Source of the DNA: an uncultured candidatus Brocadiaceae bacterium
Lineage (GTDB): Bacteria; Planctomycetota; Brocadiia; SM23-32
Direction of reading: 5' to 3'
Length of the DNA: 64,000 bases
NCBI GenBank assembly: GCA_964521715.1
Contig: CAZFSS010000013.1
Coordinates: forward strand, 7,327-71,326
Both the position numbers and the translations under genes were made by a program. Positions 59,738 through 64,000 of the stretch are shown here, piece after piece (position 1 is the stretch's first letter; each line of letters starts with the position of its first letter). The notes under the pieces were generated by a model, which saw only the letters and a list, made by a program, of their open reading frames with translations, was not told where the DNA came from and made no database searches.

Positions 59738-59767
59738 GGGACGATTGCCCCAGCGGCGTGGCGCGGT

Positions 59768-60487
59768 TCACAAGGCCAGGCGGTCGCCGAGGGCCTCAAC
59801 CTGTGCCCGGACCATGTGCTGAACGCCCGCCTCGGCCAGGCGGACCATTTCGTCGTGTTCGTGCCTGCCGAAGGGCTGTCCTTCGGCCGTGCCTTGCACC
59901 TCAATGAACCTGCCGTCGTGCGTCATGACTACGTTCATGTCCACGGAGGCAGCCCGGTCCTCCTCAGCGCAGAGGTCGACCATGGGCCATCCGTCAACGA
60001 TGCCGGCACTGACCGCCGCGACCCCCGCCAGCAGCGGGATGCCGTCTATCTGCTTCCGTTCCTTCATCTTCCACAGCGCATCCACCAGCGCGATGAATCC
60101 CCCCGTGATGGACGCGGTGCGCGTGCCGCCATCCGCCTGGACGACGGCGCAGTCGATCCAGATCGTGCAGGTCGGCATCCGGTGCAGGTCCACGGCAGCG
60201 CGCAGCGACCGGCCGATGAAGCGCTGTATCTCCTGCGCCCGCCCGCTGATCCGCCCTTGCAGGCTCTGCCGTTCGGGATTGGCGCCGGGCAGCATGCAGT
60301 ACTCGGCCGTCACCCATCCCTTCTGTTCGGCCAGGCAATGGGGTGGAACGCGGTCCTCCACCATGGCCGTGCAGATCACGCGGGTCTTGCCCGCCTCGAT
60401 GAGCACCGAGCCTTCGGCGTAGCAGGTGTAGTCCCGGCGGATCGCCAAGGGACGCACCTCGTCGGGCATTCTGCCGTCTGTTCGCAA
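59768..60487 (-). CDS. rph: Ribonuclease PH
   Basis: RPH fold. GRxxDE...TRV, AEGSVLIEAG and the phosphate-binding GGTRTAS motif. The start may be the internal Met at 60469. Confidence 0.9.
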   Translation of the reverse strand: MRTDGRMPDEVRPLAIRRDYTCYAEGSVLIEAGKTRVICTAMVEDRVPPHCLAEQKGWVTAEYCMLPGANPERQSLQGRISGRAQEIQRFIGRSLRAAVDLHRMPTCTIWIDCAVVQADGGTRTASITGGFIALVDALWKMKERKQIDGIPLLAGVAAVSAGIVDGWPMVDLCAEEDRAASVDMNVVMTHDGRFIEVQGTAEGQPFGRHEHDEMVRLAEAGVQHMVRAQVEALGDRLAL

Positions 60488-60583
60488 TGTCGGGTCCCCC
60501 CTTTGCCGGGTGCGGCACAGGCCTCCCAGGCCCGCGATGACATATTAGCAGCTTGGCCGGCGGAATCAAAGCCCGGAGGGCCC

Positions 60584-62086
60584 TCAGCGCGCGTCCCGCA
60601 GGCTCTCCTCCCCGTCGCGGCTGAGCAGGCGCTGGAGCCGTTCCCGCTCGATGCGGACCCGCATGTTGGTGGGGTTGGAGCAGCTCACTGTGCCTTGCCC
60701 CGAGCCTTTCAGCCGGCGCACGTTCTTGCACTGCGTGTAGACGACCTCGGCGTGTTCGGCCCCGCGTATCTTCGAGAAGTGGACGACCAGGTGCGCGGCG
60801 TCCAGCAGGGCCTGCTGGCTCACGCTTCTGTCAGGCGGCTTTCGGATGACGACGTGAGGGCCGGGCCAGTCGGTCAGGTGCATCCAGTAGTCGTTCCCGC
60901 GCGCAATGCTGAACGTAAGGCGCTCGTTCTCCGCTCGACTCCGGGCCACCAGTATCTCGAAGCCATCCGCCGACCGGAAAGTGCGGGGGCCGGACACGCG
61001 CTTCCTTCGTGCGCTTTCGGCGCGGTCCTCTGCGAACCGCACGCCGAGCCCTCGGGCCTGCTGCTTCATCTCTGACAGGGAGTCGACTCCCTGCGCGGCA
61101 GCCGCCCGTTCCATCAGCCCTTCCAGAGCCGCAAGCTCCTGGCGGGTCTGATCGGCCCTGGCGGTCAGTTTGCCTTGCGCGGCCTTGGCCTTCTTGTACC
61201 GAGCGAAGAGCCGGTCGGCATTCTGCTGCGGCGACAGCGCGGGGTTGAGCTCGATTGTCACGTCCGGACGATCGGGCTCGAACAGATCCTCCACCACGAC
61301 CTGCCGGGAGCCCGGTTTCAGCTCGGCAAGCGCTATCATGAGCAGCTCCCCCTGCCGGCGGAGGGACTCGGCGCTCCGTGCCTGCTCCAGGTCCGCCGTC
61401 ACCTTGCGCAGTCGCCTGCGGGCTCGGCGACGCGCGGCGTTCAAGGCGCCGGTCAGTTCGAGGCGCAGGCTCTCCACCTGCTCCTTAGCCTCCAGGCGGG
61501 CGTAGTGGGACTGGATGGCCCGGCTCAGCGCCAGGGGATCGCCTTCCAGCCCGGCTTGCGCGAAGCGGTTGGCGCGCGCCTCCGGCCGCCCCGCCGGCGG
61601 CTTGAGCGGTTCGTACTCCGCGCCGGGGATCAGGGGTCGGCTGCCCGACTCCCGCCGACACAGCGCGCTCAGTATCCTGTCGGACTCGTCGAGCACGATC
61701 AGGTTGCTGCCCGTGCCGGTCAGCTCGGCGACCAGCGCGACCCGGTGCGGCCGAAGCAAGCTGTCGCGTTCGATCGATTCGATAACGACGACGCGGTCGC
61801 CGGGCGCCTGACGCAGCGCCTCGATGGGCGCGTTCGTCAGGTGCTGCCGGACGAGGTTACAGAACCCCACGGCGGGCTTGCCCCCCTCCGGCCGTGACGT
61901 GAGCAGGTGGATGCGGCTGAAAAGAGGGTGGGCGCACAGCAGCAGCCAGTAGCGTTCCGCGTCTTTGAGCACGCTCAGGATCAGCTTGTGCTGGTCGGGC
62001 TGGTCGATGCGCTCTATCCTGCCGCCTTCGAGCTTCGGCTTCAGGTCGCGCACCACGGCCTCGATTTCTGCGGTCGAAAGCGCCAT
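60584..62086 (-). CDS. NFACT-family protein (FbpA/RqcH/Rqc2 homolog, ribosome quality control)
   Basis: N-terminal NFACT-N, central coiled coil, and a C-terminal DUF814/NFACT-R segment (FSIARGNDYWMHLTDWPGPHVVIR). Length is 500 aa. Confidence 0.75.
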   Translation of the reverse strand: MALSTAEIEAVVRDLKPKLEGGRIERIDQPDQHKLILSVLKDAERYWLLLCAHPLFSRIHLLTSRPEGGKPAVGFCNLVRQHLTNAPIEALRQAPGDRVVVIESIERDSLLRPHRVALVAELTGTGSNLIVLDESDRILSALCRRESGSRPLIPGAEYEPLKPPAGRPEARANRFAQAGLEGDPLALSRAIQSHYARLEAKEQVESLRLELTGALNAARRRARRRLRKVTADLEQARSAESLRRQGELLMIALAELKPGSRQVVVEDLFEPDRPDVTIELNPALSPQQNADRLFARYKKAKAAQGKLTARADQTRQELAALEGLMERAAAAQGVDSLSEMKQQARGLGVRFAEDRAESARRKRVSGPRTFRSADGFEILVARSRAENERLTFSIARGNDYWMHLTDWPGPHVVIRKPPDRSVSQQALLDAAHLVVHFSKIRGAEHAEVVYTQCKNVRRLKGSGQGTVSCSNPTNMRVRIERERLQRLLSRDGEESLRDAR

Positions 62087-62318
62087 GCGCCACTGGAGTC
62101 AGAGCAAGGGGGAAGCGATGCCTCGGAGCCGTCCGCCAGGCGTGAGATCCAGCGTATCGCGTCCAGTCCGCGAAATCAAAAGCGGGATGCCGGCCGGCTG
62201 AGAATGTTTTGCAATGCCCGGCGAGAGCGCGTATAATCGAGGCAGCTCGAGCGAGGCGGGCTCGCGGCCCTTCCTCACCGGGCCAGTGGGGTTGTCTTCA
62301 CGTTGGGGAGGCGAAGGA

Positions 62319-62540
62319 ATGCTGGCTTTCTTTGGGCTTCCTGGCGGCGGAGAGTGGTTTGTCATACTGATTGTCGCCCTGCTGCTGTTCGGGTCCCGCT
62401 TGCCCTCGGTGATGCGTTCGCTGGGCAGGAGCCTCACGGAGTTCAAGAAGGGGCTGCACGAGGCCGAGGACGAGGTCACGTCCGCCACGAAGTCGGTCGA
62501 AGACAAGAAGGACGACGACTCGGCATCCCCTGTCGGCTGA
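62319..62540 (+). CDS. tatA: Twin-arginine translocase subunit TatA/E
   Basis: GGGEWFVILIVALLLFG TM helix, then an amphipathic helix (LGRSLTEFKKG) and an acidic tail. The ATG at 62319 has a GGGGAGG site upstream. Confidence 0.85.
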   Translation: MLAFFGLPGGGEWFVILIVALLLFGSRLPSVMRSLGRSLTEFKKGLHEAEDEVTSATKSVEDKKDDDSASPVG

Positions 62541-62615
62541 CGTCGCCGGTACCGAGCTCGACCTTCCCTCTCAAGCTGCTCCCATCTCTCGTGTCGCCAC
62601 AGGCTGGGGCGCGCC

Positions 62616-63953
62616 ATGCCACTGTGCGTGTGGAGGACCGATGAGCCGGGCTTCCGGCGACGGCTCTCCGAACTGGTCGGGAAGCTCGGCCTTGAAGAAG
62701 GCCTGCGGGCCGCCGGGGCTGCGGCGCAGGAGCCGCCCGTGCAGGCGGTGCGCAGGATCATCGCCGACGTGCGCGCCCGTGGGGACGATGCGCTCATCGA
62801 GCACACCGAGCGCCTGGATGGGTGCAGGTTGGCGGCCGCCGACATCCGGGTGAGCGCCGACGAGATCGAGGCGGCGACTGAGCGGTGCCCCGCCGGGCTG
62901 CTTGAGGCCATGCGGCTGGCCGTCAAGAGGATACGCGCGTTCCAGGAAGCTATCCTGTTGCGCAGTCCGCGGCCCCTCACGGACGGGGGACGGACGCTGG
63001 AGCTGCGATATCGGCCCGTCGACTCGGCGGGCATCTACGTTCCCGGCGGCGCGGCGCCGCTGGCATCCAGCGTCCTGATGGCTGTCGTGCCGGCACAGGT
63101 CGCCGGCGTCGCGCGCATCGCCGTGGCCACTCCCCCGCAGCGCGACGGTGCCGTGTCCGTCGACCGCCTGGCGGCTGCCCGGATCGCCGGCGCCGACGAG
63201 GTCTACAGGATCGGCGGCGCCCAAGCCATCGCGGCCTTAGCGTTCGGCACCGAGACGGTCGCGCCCGTAGACTTCATCGCCGGGCCCGGCAATATCTACA
63301 CGACGCTGGCAAAGCGGGAGGTCTTCGGTCAGGTCGGCATCGAGATGCTGCCCGGGCCGAGCGAAGTCGTCATAGTAGCGGACAGCTCGGCTGACCCCTC
63401 TTACGTGGCCGCCGACCTCATCGCGCAGGCCGAGCACGACCCCGGCTCCTCCGTCCTCCTGACGGACAGTGAGGACCTGGCGCAGAAGGCGCTCGGAGCC
63501 GTTGAGAAGCAGTTGGCTGACCTCCCGCGGGCCGACGTCGCGCGCGCCTGCCTGGAAGCCTACGGCGCCCTCATTGCTGCTCGCTCGATGGATGAATGCA
63601 TCGAGCTGGCCAATGAACTGGCGCCGGAGCACCTCGAGATCCTGACCCGCGACGCCTGGCAGGTGGCCGATCGCGTGCGGCACGCCGGCGCCATGTTCGT
63701 CGGCCCGTGGTCGCCGGTCGCGGTCGGCGACTACGTTGCCGGTCCGTCGCACATCCTGCCCACGTCCAGGACGGCCCGGTTCGCCAGCGGCCTGACGGCC
63801 AACGACTTCCTGAAACGCTCCAGCGTCATCTCGTATGAGGCCGCGGCCCTGAGCGAAGACGCCCAAAGCATCCAGCAACTGGCCCAGGCCGAGGGACTCG
63901 ACGGGCACGCACGCTCGGTGCGGATAAGGGTCGCCGGCAAGGGGCGCAAGTAG
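62616..63953 (+). CDS. hisD: Histidinol dehydrogenase
   Basis: IDFIAGPGNIYT..., the catalytic His pair (AEHD ... GDYVAGPSHILPT), and SVL/EHL motifs. Length is 445 aa. Confidence 0.92.
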   Translation: MPLCVWRTDEPGFRRRLSELVGKLGLEEGLRAAGAAAQEPPVQAVRRIIADVRARGDDALIEHTERLDGCRLAAADIRVSADEIEAATERCPAGLLEAMRLAVKRIRAFQEAILLRSPRPLTDGGRTLELRYRPVDSAGIYVPGGAAPLASSVLMAVVPAQVAGVARIAVATPPQRDGAVSVDRLAAARIAGADEVYRIGGAQAIAALAFGTETVAPVDFIAGPGNIYTTLAKREVFGQVGIEMLPGPSEVVIVADSSADPSYVAADLIAQAEHDPGSSVLLTDSEDLAQKALGAVEKQLADLPRADVARACLEAYGALIAARSMDECIELANELAPEHLEILTRDAWQVADRVRHAGAMFVGPWSPVAVGDYVAGPSHILPTSRTARFASGLTANDFLKRSSVISYEAAALSEDAQSIQQLAQAEGLDGHARSVRIRVAGKGRK

Positions 63954-64000
63954 CTCGGCGATTACGTTCGGGGGCGCGGTTCCCGCTCCGAAGCGTCGTC

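Noticed and set aside
58919-61075. 718-aa plus-strand ORF across the methyltransferase, rph and RqcH region
   Set aside because: Antisense to three well-supported minus-strand genes. The composition is Arg/Ala/Gly-biased junk.
1-64000. CRISPR arrays, rRNA genes, integrase/attachment-site tRNA integration
   Set aside because: No regularly spaced direct repeats of 25-40 bp were seen. No rRNA-like conserved stretches. The only tRNA is 25 kb from the island, and no tyrosine or serine recombinase gene is present.

Overview
This window is a high-GC (about 65-70%) bacterial chromosomal segment carrying housekeeping and stress genes. A partial TrkH/KtrB-type K+ transporter gene at the 5' edge is followed by dnaJ, an hsp20-family gene, lon and tRNA-Arg(ACG). 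Then come hisH-hisF, tsaD, larB and an NAD(P)HX dehydratase. A long minus-strand block runs MoxR ATPase, DUF58 protein and transglutaminase-like TgpA, directly followed by a PilM-PilN fusion, a PilO-like protein and a small membrane protein. Next are a GH42 beta-galactosidase, mazG, a sugar-phosphate nucleotidyltransferase and a divergent class-II aldolase-like protein, an ABC exporter pair, a GT9 heptosyltransferase and dapB. A lone Flp pilin gene sits behind a triple-hairpin terminator, followed by a Zn-dependent alcohol dehydrogenase. About 10.8 kb of accessory DNA (about 29.65-40.45 kb) lies between that alcohol dehydrogenase and dnaK. It carries a Mu-family DDE transposase module: an XRE repressor with a zinc ribbon is read divergently from a Ner-like HTH protein, a small ORF, an 838-aa transposase and a 174-aa double-HTH protein. 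It also carries a phage tail tape-measure-like gene, but no head genes, no MuB-like ATPase and no distal tail genes. Both flanks are noncoding and rich in hairpins and short repeats. I read this as a decayed or unusually minimal transposable-phage-like element and consider it the best candidate for an undescribed system here. After it come dnaK (with no grpE or dnaJ alongside), clpB, a C-N hydrolase, trxB, a HIT protein, an Fe(III)-type ABC importer, a PHP phosphoesterase, a TPR lipoprotein, a sugar ABC importer, an Rrf2 regulator with no cysteines, a SAM methyltransferase, rph, an RqcH/NFACT homolog, tatA and hisD. Many gene pairs are translationally coupled through GTGA or ATGA overlaps. There is no CRISPR array and no rRNA. 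The many long antisense ORFs are frame artefacts of the high GC content.
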